A stretch of DNA of 64,000 nt, taken from assembly GCF_002113885.1 (NCBI RefSeq), contig NW_018480074.1, positions 124,001 through 188,000 on the forward strand, written 5' to 3'. The stretch is from Mizuhopecten yessoensis (lineage: Eukaryota). The position numbers and the translations under genes are program-made. The notes under the pieces were generated by a model. It did no database searches and was not told where the DNA came from. It saw nothing but the letters and a program-made list of their open reading frames with translations. Each line of letters opens with the position of its first letter. The first letter of the stretch is position 1. Positions 1-12,700 of this stretch are shown here, piece after piece.

Positions 1-767
1 ATATATATGTCATGATATATTATTTAATATTATCAGGAAATATGAAGCTTTTTCATTTTTTTATTTAAACTTCTTTGAATGCTTATTTTTAACTATCCTG
101 TAAACATTTTTATGTTTTATTTATTGTATTTTATTTGAAATTAACTGAACTCAAATTATTCTTAATGCCGTTTGAAATATTGTAACATTTGGTCATTTGG
201 AACTGAAGACATGACATCGTAAGTCTAAAACACAGATCGTTAACTGAATGTGAAAATTATCTTTATGATTGATATATTATGTAACATTTTTTAGGACATT
301 ATGAAATAAATTAGTGTTTGAGAAGTGTAGTTTAAAGTAGTGTTGAGAAACAGAGATACAGTATGTAAAATATAGGGATATAATATAATCCAATGAGGAT
401 TACTCATACACGTTTTTTTGGCCCCTTGATTTCCAGGTTTCTCCTGTCAGATGAAATGTTGGTTCAAAACCTTGTGTATTATAGTGTGAACAGCTATTGA
501 TGACCTTTCACCCAAAGTGGTGGTTGACAATGATTGACAGGTTGAAGGTCAAGAAATACTGAAAAGATCTTTATAAAATTTCATGTCTCCTTCGTCTTTC
601 ATTGTGCCAGTTGTATTTTGATACTGATTGCAAGAAAAAGATGGCTGCCACACAGCAGTCCTTGGTGTAGACAATAAATGTTTGCTGTTGTTATTTTTGT
701 CAAAATAATGTGTCCGTTTTATATACTACATGTACACATGAAGTAAAGTGTTTATAATGATTGACAG

Positions 768-3700
768 GTCGATTGACATGTGCCTGGACAATGAGGTGGA
801 GAGGATCCACGCCATCAAGTTGGTACGGAGGATAGCACAGCTGGCTCCCCACAAACTCACCTGCTCCCTCATCTACCCACTTGTCGCCATTGGTAATGAT
901 GGGGCGAGTGAAAGAGACCGCATGGTTCGAGTTTGTCTGTCCACTATTTGTGAAATAGGTAAATATTTATTACCCAGTAACTTTTTTGTTTCTTTTATGT
1001 TGGTTTCTGTCATATATAAACCAGATTAATAATTCATTAAAAATAGATACATTATTGTATTTGGGGAAGAAAAAAACCATGTTCTCATTTTTTTTTGATG
1101 AGTTGAATTTAGAATATAGAAAATTATTTGAGTCACAAGTACCATTAAATATTTCATAACAGGTGGAATCCTAGCCAAAACAAGGATGATTTATAGACTG
1201 AGTTCTTCATCAATATCATTGAAGGACAGAGATAAAATATTACTGATTTAGATTTGTTACTTAAAATATGTACAGAGAATCTAATCCACTTGTTTAATTT
1301 TGGAGGAAAGTCAAACTCAACACTTGTAAGTTAAAGACTTGGTTCAGTAGCTGTATTTTCGTTTTTTTCAAATGTTTGTGCATATGTTCGTAAATCAATA
1401 ATTTTGTTTTGTATGTTGGTTTTGTAGCATTCCTGAACCCAGAACTGGTTGCCAAATGTGGTGGTGTTGGGAGTATCCTGAGGGCGGCTCTCGACTGTCA
1501 CCAATACCCAAGGATCAACGAAAGTCTTGTCTGCACAATACTGCACCTTCTCAACCATCCACGCACACGGCACCTCATCAAGTTCAATACCGATTTAGAG
1601 GTAAGTTGATGTAGAGGCGGCGATGGTTAAACTAGATAAATGATGCTTCTAAAACTGTTAAAGGAAGATCTATTACTAACTTGTAGTATGTTTTGATCAC
1701 CTACGTTTGCCAAGTAGAATTTATGCAAAAACTACTACTAAAATAGATTTAAATTATACAACCCTGTATTACACTTTCAGCAATTGTTAGCACCATTCAC
1801 AGACTGCCATTACCGGTACAGTGGAGCGGAGACCTCGGATCACTCCGGGTAAGATCAGATCGTTTATACACAGTAACAGCATCACCTACTCCGGGTAAGA
1901 TCAGATTGTTTATACACAGTAACAGCATCACCTACTCCGGGTAAGATCAGATCATTTATACACAGTAACAGCATCACCTACTCCGGGTAAGATCAGATCG
2001 TTTATACACAGTAACAGCATCACCTACTCCAGGTAAGATCAGATCGTTTATACACAGTAACAGCATCACCTAACGTATGTATGCTATGAAATTCAATCCA
2101 ATCCTTATTTCAGTGTTTCATCTGTTAAGTTTTCCTACTCCTATACTTACACTGATACACAAGCCAATGGTAGGGACATTTAAAAATGATTTCGCTCTGA
2201 AGGTATTTATTAAATAATGTTGGTGGTTTCGATAATTAGACTTTTTAATAATAGTTTTAAACACAAAAGTGTTTATAGCTGATGAATACATGTTAGTTTG
2301 TCCTTGTTTTTGCAGAGAGGATAAAGAAAACCGATTTTCTGCCAGCAAGATGGCTATAGTGTCCATTATGAGATCTTGGCCAGGCAAGTAATCAGTGTTT
2401 TTAAGAAAATTTGATTTACATGATGATCACACATGTATTGATAAATCTGCATATGATGAATCTCATATCCTATACTATCTAAATATAATTTAATTGGACT
2501 CAGAATTTCTGGACACATTGAAAGACCCAAAGTTTCTTAGTAATAAAATGGGAAGCTACCCATACAGATGAAGTACTTCTTCAGCCAATAGTAAATTTAA
2601 TACAACACATTTATAGCGAACAATTTGCACCAAAATAGTGATGGAATAAAGAAAGAAAATTGTTGAAAAATTGTCATTATTTAACCACATGCATGTTTGG
2701 TTTACATTAGTGGTTCAATGGATTGTATGTTGAAATGTTTATTAGGGCTTTGGTAGAGGAGTTGTATAGTTTATTTTTCAACAAAAATTTCCTATTTGTA
2801 GGCATAATAAGATTTTGTCGACCAGATGGAAGTGGCCTTCAGTCCTTAGTAGGAATATTATACCTGCCGTATTATGAGATTAGGGTAAGTCACTGTCATT
2901 TTAGTTCTCTAATTCTTTTTAATTTTATTGAAAACAACAAAGTTTAGAAACTATAAAAACAAAGATAAAAATTGAGATACAGACATGCTTTAATGAGGGT
3001 GGTAGATTTAGAGGCTAATCCAAATTAAATTAATGTATTTAAAAAAAAATTGGTGTTGAAGGTGGGATATAGGAGGGCACTTTTTTGTGACCCCATATAT
3101 CCCATGGATTATTTGCCCCCTGTCCTCACTATGTTTGTTACAATCACTTTGCATCCCATCACCAATATATTATTAATACAAGTGCCTCCCTCCCATCTCT
3201 TTCTCCTCCCACCTCTATCTGGATGGCCCTAACCTAGTTCTCAAAACCATCTTTTGAATATTTCAATTGGTATTTTTATGATCTATAAAATGTGTGATAC
3301 AATTGCCACAGTTATGCAGTGTGAAATTGAACATCTCCTATCTATATTGCTTATTGCATACAAATATATATTGCCACTATTATTTACAATTGTGTGAACG
3401 GTCTATTTACTTTGTCATTTCAGCAAGGAATTGTTGAAATTCTTTATGATTTATTCCGTCTTCAAATACCGGAGTGGACAGACAACTTCTCCACTGCCTT
3501 GCTCAGTGTTGGTAAGTAGTCTATAGAATTACACACTAAGAATGAATTCTGATTTGTAAAGCGCTCATAATTACAAATATGTGTTGCTGATGGACTCCAC
3601 AATTTGTATTTTACTGTTAACAGCAAGGACAACAGCCTTACATTTTATGATACCCATTTCTGATTAAATTTGATCAAAGCTTAAGGGGTGACATACTGAA

Positions 3701-6700
3701 GAATTGCTGAGTGAGAAGAAGAAAGAATAATTGTAATTCATTTAAAGATGTTGATTATTTTTTTCTGACAAAAAGTTATTTCTTTTGTACAGTAAAGAAA
3801 TTTTAATCAAAAAGATTTCCCCCCCAAAAAATAGGGTAGAATCAAGTAAATATGTGTCAGGATCAGACAGGAATAGGACCGAATTTCATATTAAGGGAAA
3901 TGCTAGTTAAACAGCTGATCATTTTCTTTATTGGAAGCCGCGGTTAAAAAGATAACATTAAATGGCTTTTGATTACAGATCCTTCCATGATGCGAGACAG
4001 CTGGCGACTGACAGATGGATTCATATGTGAGGAGGGACGATCAGTATTACCACACATGGCCAAAATAAGGTCAGTGTTAAATATGTCTATAAATGATACA
4101 TACATATATTAAACATACATTACAAAGGTTACACATTTTATACTCAAGTTGTTTTAAGTCAATTTTTTTCTATCTTTGTATATGTAATATTCATTTGTAG
4201 TACTTTTCAGTACAAAAAAATGTGTTGAACTTTTTGTATTTAATTGTGTTACAGACCTTATCTTGTTTTAACCTTAATTTCATGCTCAAATTATTTTTAG
4301 GCAGTGCTTTCTATCTATGTACATGTATAATATATATAAAAAGTACAGCTATTTAGGAACAAACAAAAATAATGATTTTTTTGTAATTAATTGTGTTTCA
4401 GACCTAACCTTGTAGAAAATCATTTAGCCCTCCTGTTGTCTGCATGGATTGGTGCTGGCATCTTAGATGTAAGTAACACTGTACAACCTAACCTCATATG
4501 AGACAAGGCATCAGGAACAAGGCATCAGAATGCATACAGCCTAACCTGAAATAAAACAATCAGGAACAGTTAACTACCTTACTATTCCTTGGATTTGATT
4601 GATTTGAAAAAGTGATATCACTGACACCATTAGACTGCTAGATCTCTTTGGAAAAAATTGTTGATCAACATGCTTAATTTTTTATTTTTTTTTCTGGATA
4701 TTTTATTTTATTTTATTTGACTTTCATTTTATCAAACAATCTTCATAATTCTTCTTTTACAAAAAGTTCTGGTAAAATCTATAATAGATTTATAACTATT
4801 CACTATGTATCAATACTATTTTGTGATGAGATCCTTGCCTTTTAGGCTCTGGTGGAGGTAGTTATCAGCAGTGAAGATCAGCTGTTTGTACGGACCACCA
4901 TTCTGCTCGGCCAACTGATGCACATGGTAAGTCCCCTTGTAGAAAATGTTACTTATCATATTCTATGTCAATTGGTTATCCTGGATGAAAAATAACCTGG
5001 TTTTTCTCTTTGCCTGAAAAAGTATGATTTGGGGATCCATGTTCCACTGCCAAAAACTGCAGCTATGCATTGGCAATTTATTTTCCCAGCAAGATTACAA
5101 TTCATTTCAGACAAGAAAACTGTATGAACTGTATATAAACTGTTTGCGGAACTTATATGAAATAGAAAAAAATCAATGTGTTCTGAGTGCAAAAAAGCAA
5201 TTAAGCCAGACAAATTTGATTCCTGGATCCTTCGATCGTTACACTTTTGCTCTAACCAAGTGAGCTACATTGTCAACAGTAGAATCAAGGTCCAATTGCA
5301 AAACAGTTATATACAAACTAAAAATAAAGAGGAATTACTGTATATACAAAAAGCTTCAGTGGATTCCTCTAGTGTTTTGCCTGCAGGGGGACAAGGACCC
5401 TTAATTCTTTAACCTGTAGTTGGACAAGGACCCTTAATTCTTTAGTCTGTAGTGGGACAAGGACCCGTAATTCGTTCGCCTGTATCGGGACAAGGACCCA
5501 TAATTCTTTAGCCTGTAGTGGGACAAGGACCCTTAATTCTTTAGTCTGTAGTGGGACAAGAACCCTTAATTCTTTAGTCTGTAGTGGGACAAGGACCCAT
5601 AATTCATTCGCTTGTATTGGGACAAGGACCCATAATTCTTTAGCCTGTAGTTGGACAAGGACCCTTAATTCTTTAGTCTGTAGTGGGACAAGGACCCATA
5701 ATTCGTTCGCCTGTATCGGGACAAGGACCCTTAATTCTTTAGCCTGTAATGGGACAAGGACCCTTAATTCTTTAGTCTGTAGTGGGACAAGGACCAATAA
5801 TTCGTTCGCCTGTATCGGGACAAGGACCCTTAATTCTTTAGCCTGTATCGGGACAAGGACCCATAATTCTTTAGCCTGTAGTGGGACAAGGACCCTTAAT
5901 TCTTTCGCCTGTAGTGGGACAAGGACCCATAATTCGTTCGCCTGTATCGGGACAAGGACCCATAATTCTTTAGCCTGTATCGGGACAAGGACCCATAATT
6001 CTTTAGCCTGTAGTGTGACAAGGACCCTTAATTCTTTCGCCTGTAGTGGGACAAGGACCCTTAATTCTTTAGTCTGTAGTGGGACAAGGACCCTTAATTC
6101 TTTTGCCTGTAGTGGGACAAGGACCCATAATTCTTTCACCTGTAGTGGGACAAAGACCCTTAATTCTTTAGTCTGTAGTGGGACAAGGACCCATAATTCG
6201 TTCGCCTGTATCGGGACAAGGACCCATAAATCTTTCACCTGTAGTGTGACAAGGACCCTTAATTCTTTTGCCTGTAGTGGGACAAGGACCCTTAATTCTT
6301 TAGCCTGTAGTGGGACAAAGACCCTTAATTCTTTAGTCTGTAGTGGGACAAAGATCCTTAATTCTTTAGTCTGTAGTGGGACAAAGATCCATAATTCTTT
6401 CGCCTGTAGTGGGACAAGGACCCTTAATTCTTAGGCTGTAGTGGGACAAGGACCCATAATTCTTTAGTCTGTAGTAGGACAAGGACCCATAATACCTTAG
6501 TCTGTAGTAGGTCAAGGATCCATAATTCTTTCGCCTGTAGTGGGACAAGGACCCTTAATTCTTTAGTCTGTAGTGGGACAAGGACCCGTAATTCTTTAGT
6601 CTGTAGTAGGACAAGGACCCTTAATTCTTTAGTCTGTAGTGGGACAAGGACCCATAATTCTTTCGCCTGTAGTGGGACAATTGCAAGGACCCATAATTCT

Positions 6701-9700
6701 TTAGTCTGTAGTAGGACAAGGACCCATAATTCCTTAGTCTGTAGTAGGACAAGGATCCATAATTCTTTCGCCTGTAGTGGGTCAAGGACCCTTAATTCTT
6801 TAGCCTGTAGTGGGACAAGGACCCATAATTCTTTCGCCTGTAGTGGTACAAGGACCCTTAATTCTTTAGTCTGTAGTGGGACAAGGACCCATAATTCTTT
6901 AGTCTGTAGTGGGATAAGGACCCTTAATTCTTTAGTCTGTAGTGGGACAAGGACCCATAATTCTTTCGCCTGTAGTGGGACAAGGACCCATAATTCTTTA
7001 GTCTGTAGTGGGACAAGGACCCTTAATTCGTTCGTCTGTAGTGGGACAAGGACCCATAATTCTTTCGCCTGTAGTGGGACAAGGACCCATAATTCGTTCG
7101 CCTGTAGTGGGACAAGGACCCTTAATTCTTTAGTCTGTAGTGGGACAAGGACCCTTAATTCTTTAGTTTGTAGTGGGACAAGGACCCATAATTTGTTCGC
7201 CTGTAGTGGGACAAGGACCCAAAATTCTTTGGTCTGTAGTGGGACAAGGACCCTTAATTTGTTCGCCTGTAGTGGGACAAGGACCCATAATTCTTTCGCC
7301 TGTAGTGGGACAAGGACCCATAATTCGTTTGCCTGTAGTGGGACAAGGACCCTTAATTCTATAGTCTGTAGTGGGACAAGGATCCTTAATTCTTTAGCCT
7401 TTAGTGGGACAAGGATCCTTAATTCTTTAGCCTGTAGTGGGACAAAGATCCTTAATTCTTTAGCCTGTAGTGGGACAAAGACCCTTAATTCTTTAGTCTG
7501 TAGTGGGACAAAGATCCTTAATTCTTTAGTCTGTAGTGGGACAAGGACCCATAATTCTTTAGCCTGTAGCGGGACAAGGATTCTTAATGCTTTACTGTGC
7601 AGTATGACACGCCCGTCTATTTATTAGCCCTAAAGACCTCTTCTGTGTTGATGGTCTGTTTAGAGCTCAATAATTGATTAAGCTGTTGGACCATATAAAA
7701 CAAAACACATGTAAGTATTGAATGTTTGGTTGCTGTACATTGTGTGTGAGTTAATTCTGTGATTTTGCGACAGGCCAGCACCCTGTTACCTAACGAGTGT
7801 AGCCACCACAGCCACTGTCTTCCTACTCTCATGGCCATGGCCTCTGCTGCAAACATTCCTCAGCAGCAACAGCAGTAAGTCTCACACCCTCTCTATAGAT
7901 GTGATGGAAAAATAGGTTTCATGTAGACCAGTACTTAATTAGTTTTCCTTACACAATGATTTGATTGAATAGTGTATGCTACATATTTGGATACTGTGCA
8001 AATAATCAAAAGGAATTCTGCTACAGGCATGATGCCTATATAAGCCCTTCCTTAGAGGTGAACTATTTTGTCTGCCGGATAACTGAACTACTCAGTAGTG
8101 AAGCGGACATAAAAACACACAAAAAAAGAAGCAAACAAACAGCTGCAGTTGTACTATATTAATCAGTATCTTAAGTATGTCACTACGTCTAAGACAAGGG
8201 TATCCAAAAGTCATTGGTTCAGAGACTGAGTAATATCACTTAGATAATGTCTTGATTAATAACGAGAGTTTTTTCCTATATGCCTGTTGAAAAGATTGTG
8301 TCTAGCAGAGTCGGCTGATCTGACGGACTGACAAAAGCACTGTTATTCATAACATTTCCTTCTCTTAGCCAAAGATGCATTTTCACCCTACCTAACTGTA
8401 TGTATTTGTTTTCCCCACAGTCGAGCATGTAATGCTGTGTCTTACCTTGACCGGTTACATTCCATGAAGAAACGAGGTATAGTGCCATGTAGTTTGTACC
8501 TGGACCATCTCATAAAGAACATGGGGGGCCGGAAATCACCGTTCTCCAAACACTTCCACCAAAACAAGAATAGGCTCAACTCCTACTATATCAACAAGGT
8601 AACAAAGTGTTAATTAAGAGCACTCTTATCCTAATAACATTCCAATCAAATGAAACCTTAATTGTTACCATGGACTCAAGACCAAAAGCAATTAATAAAG
8701 CCTCCTCCCAACTTTGGGGGGGGGGCTTATTTGTGGTAAAATACGGTATGCAAATCTCCTTAATGGATCATCTTTTTTTCATCTTTTTATTGTGACTTGA
8801 AATATTTTGATTAGATTGGAACTAGTATGCTCAGATTCCATGTTTGATGAGATTTTGTTTATAATGACTGGCAATAAGCTTGTTGATCGTAAAGTTTTTT
8901 TGTAATGACGTGGTGTAAGCTTGTTGATCGTAGAATTTGTTTATAATGACGTTGAATAAGCCTGTTGATCGTAAAGTTTTTTTGTAATGACGTGGAGAAA
9001 GCTTGTTGATCGTAGAATTTGTTTATAATGACGGGCAATAAGCTTGTTGATCGTAAAGTTTGTTTATAATGACGTGGAATAAGCCTGTTGATCGTAAAGT
9101 TTGTTTGTAATGACGTGGAGTAAGCTTGTTGATCGTAAAGTTTGTTTATAATGACGTGGAGTAAGCCTGTTGTTCGTAAAGTTTGTTTATAATGACGTGG
9201 AGTAAGCCTGTTGATCGTAAAGTTTGTTTATAATGACGTGTAGTAAGCTTGTTGATCGTAAAGTTTGTTTTGTTTCGTGCCCAGCTGTCGTCAGAAGACA
9301 TGGTGATGCAGACTATAAAGGACTCACAGGTTCTGTATACCAAAGACAACTTTACTTGGGACTGGGACCTGATAGCCTCGATCCTTAAGGTAAGAGTAAG
9401 GCTGATACTCAACATGTGATTGTGTCCTGACAGTCTTAATCCTCAGGGTAAGAGTAAGGCTGATATTCAACCTGTGATTGAGTCCTGATAGTCTTAATCC
9501 TTGCGTTATGAGTAAGGCTGATATTCAACCTGTGATTGAGTCCTGATAGTCTTAATCCTTGCGTTATGAGTAAGGCTGATACTCAACCTGGGTCTTTGTC
9601 CATCAGCTGTATGCAGAAAATATTAAAGATATTTAGGGAGATGTTATGCAATTGATTGATCCTGCGATAAGTGTATAGTTTGGTGAATTAAATAAATGCT

Positions 9701-12700
9701 GATTGGGAACAATGAATCGACTTATAATGCTTTGCCATGTGTGATAATGAGTCTCAAAAGTTTTTATTTTTGTAACTGGCTGTATGTCTACCAAGTCCAC
9801 ATAGATTTTCATCCATTTGGAAAGTGACTCAAATAGTAACTGACAAACCAAGCGATGCATTTTTTATTTAATTTTCTGTTTCAGTGGCCACTTGATAAAC
9901 AGAAGAAGCTGGATGAACAGATGCTATCCCGGTAAGTGGTCACCAGTAGTATAACTTGCTAAATTAGCAATAAGTCATTTGTAAAACCTAATCCAGTTGT
10001 ATTTTCATTTTCACATATCCAATTTATCTTGTTGAATGACCTAATAAGGTAGGTTTTCTCTGACTGTTGTTTTGTTTATTGTTGTATGGCCCACCCACAA
10101 TTTAAGTAATTAAAGGCCATTCTAGATCTCTGACAATTGAAAACAGCACTAGATTGTTATTACACACCTGTACCTATCATAGGTACACCTGTCTCTAACA
10201 TGATTAAAGTATATCAACCAAACCATAGAATTATTTCATTTAAACAATTCGTTTTCTTTTTAGAAAATGTAAGTTACATTATAGTACTTGTAATCTGATT
10301 ACTGTTCCTTTTACAGGTTTATGAAGCGATTGATATACTTTTTCAAGCCCACCAACCATTTGTTTTCTCGTCTGGAAGTTGGACACAAGTTGGCTACTAA
10401 GATTGCTCATGCAGGTTGTCTACTGATGGAGTTTTTAATGGAGTGTGGGCAGGTAGGCATGATCAACGATGTAACATCGCTGTGATTCACTTTACACAAT
10501 GAATTTTATTTCAAAAGTTATCAGAAGCCCTAACAAGCTTTTATCTTAAGCTGTAATAATTTATCATCTTAAGCTTTAACAAGTTATCATATTAAGCTCT
10601 AACAAGTTATCATTTTAAGATCTAGCAAGTTTCCATCATCTTAAGCTCAAACAATTCAAAGTTATCATCTTAATCTCTAACAAGTTATCATCTGAAGCTC
10701 TTACAAGTTATCATCTTAAACTCTAACAAGTTAGCATATTAAGCTTAGCAAGTTATCATCTTAAGCTCTTACAAGTTATCATCTTAAGCTCTTACAAGTT
10801 ATCATCTTAGACTCTATGGAGTAGTCATATTCAACTCTAGCAAGTTATCATCTTAAGCTTTATCAAACAAATTATCGTTAAAAATTATCTTCAACTTAAT
10901 TACTAACAAGTTGTCCTCTGAAAATCAGTAAAAAAGTATCAGAAACTTTTTACAAATTATCATCTGAAGATTTTACAAGATATCATGGTATTAGCTTCAA
11001 CTCTAATGAGTAGTTATCATCTTGAACTCTAACATGGTACCATGAGCTCTAACTAGTATCTACATTTCACTGTAACTGTGATATAATGTATTGTGCTTTA
11101 TTTATTTTAAATGTTTTAAATATCCTTTATCCACATTTGATAATATTTGTGAATCTTAATATTGAAATATATGCATTGTTTAAGTAACTGTCCAATGTCT
11201 GGATAACAGTGAAGTATTGATCCCAAAGACTCTGAAAAACAAGGGTCACATTTGTGTATTCTGGGTGAAACGTTTCAGGTAGTGCAGAAATATTCCAGGA
11301 TTAACGAACACGCTTGGACAGAACTGTATGCAGAGCTAAAAAATGCACAGTTTCGGAGAATAAATAACAATATAATGAAAATAATATGTCCTTCTCTCAC
11401 GCATCTACTAAATTATATAATGTATCTTAAAATCAAAATGTGGGTTGGCCTTGTTTTAAAATGAAATAAGGCAAGCCAGCAATAGTCAGCATTTTAGTTT
11501 TGGTCTGGCGCATCTGGCCCTGTCAATCTACACCTGCCGAATATTCCGGAGGTCAGCTTCGGTTCAGATCTGAGCCGGTCGTTTTCTTCCAGATACGCAA
11601 AAGGGGTTAAGATTGTATCTTCCTGTTGCTATAGAGATATGTGTTACTGTGTTGTAGGAGGATGTTAAGAAACACTTTGTAGACTTGATCAATGACATAG
11701 GGCAGTGTTTGTCAGAGGTGAGTTCCAGATAGTTATTTTATCAATCTAACGTTTTATCAACTTTTCAAATTGAACATTATAATCTACAAGCTAATGTAAC
11801 TGAATATTACAATACCGTACATGAATCTTACAAACAGTCATCTATGCATTACGGAATTTTGTAGTCTGTACATTCTAGTGTTATTAAATATTATGATCTA
11901 CATACAGTATACTGTAAATAGTCATTTAGAAAATGGAAATAGTTTACAAATGTAATAATTCAGAAATACCAATGACATACTACTCAAAGTAAAACAGACA
12001 TTTTACATGTATGTATCTGTTTTCTTCTCTCTCACCTAGGTTGGGAGCCAGCACCTTGCTGCAGAGGCTGTTCTCAGTCCTAGTAATACCATCAACACAT
12101 GTAGCCAATTTTACTTCCTGTTCCTAGGAAAGATCTCGGTCACCGCCAAAGGTGACAAACTCCTGGAGAAATGTGGCATCTATCAATAGTAAGTTTTGCA
12201 CAGAATATTGGTGCGACATCTAGTAGTAGTAGTAACTATTGGGTCATTTTTCAGTCCAGGATCAGAGGAATTCGGCATTCAACAATTGTGAGCTTCGAGT
12301 TAGGTGTGAAGAGGATGTGTACATGTTAGGTGATTTAGTAATTAAGTGTAGGGCTAATGATTTTTTTTATCTGTTCTGATTTTAAAACTATCGACCTGTA
12401 GGTACTTTGTTGTGTGATCTGAGAGTTTTGTGGTTCTTCTTCAGTTTGTTGGACATTGTGAGTGTGGCACCCCAAGACAGCTTTGTGAAGCTGACGGTAT
12501 CTTGTCTAAGCTACAGTCAGGAGGGCAACTGTAGGGCGATACTGACCAAGGCTCTCTGCGCTTCTACAGAGGTAAGTGTCTATGTAGATCATAAATCAGC
12601 ATATGGTTTGATAAGTTCTTACAATATATCATATGAAGAAGCAGTATGCTGTGTAGTGGGAATGTCTTGCCTTTTTTGCCCTCTGGAGTTAGGACAGATT

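Noticed and set aside
5380-7595. CRISPR-like appearance of the 33-bp repeats
   Set aside because: Head-to-tail units with no unique spacers, no cas genes, eukaryotic intron.
5369-7627. Long ORFs (289, 139, 144 aa) of repeated LVPLQAKELRV / CSGTRTLNS
   Set aside because: Translation products of the 33-bp intronic minisatellite; no splice or homology support, and RICTOR splices across it in frame.
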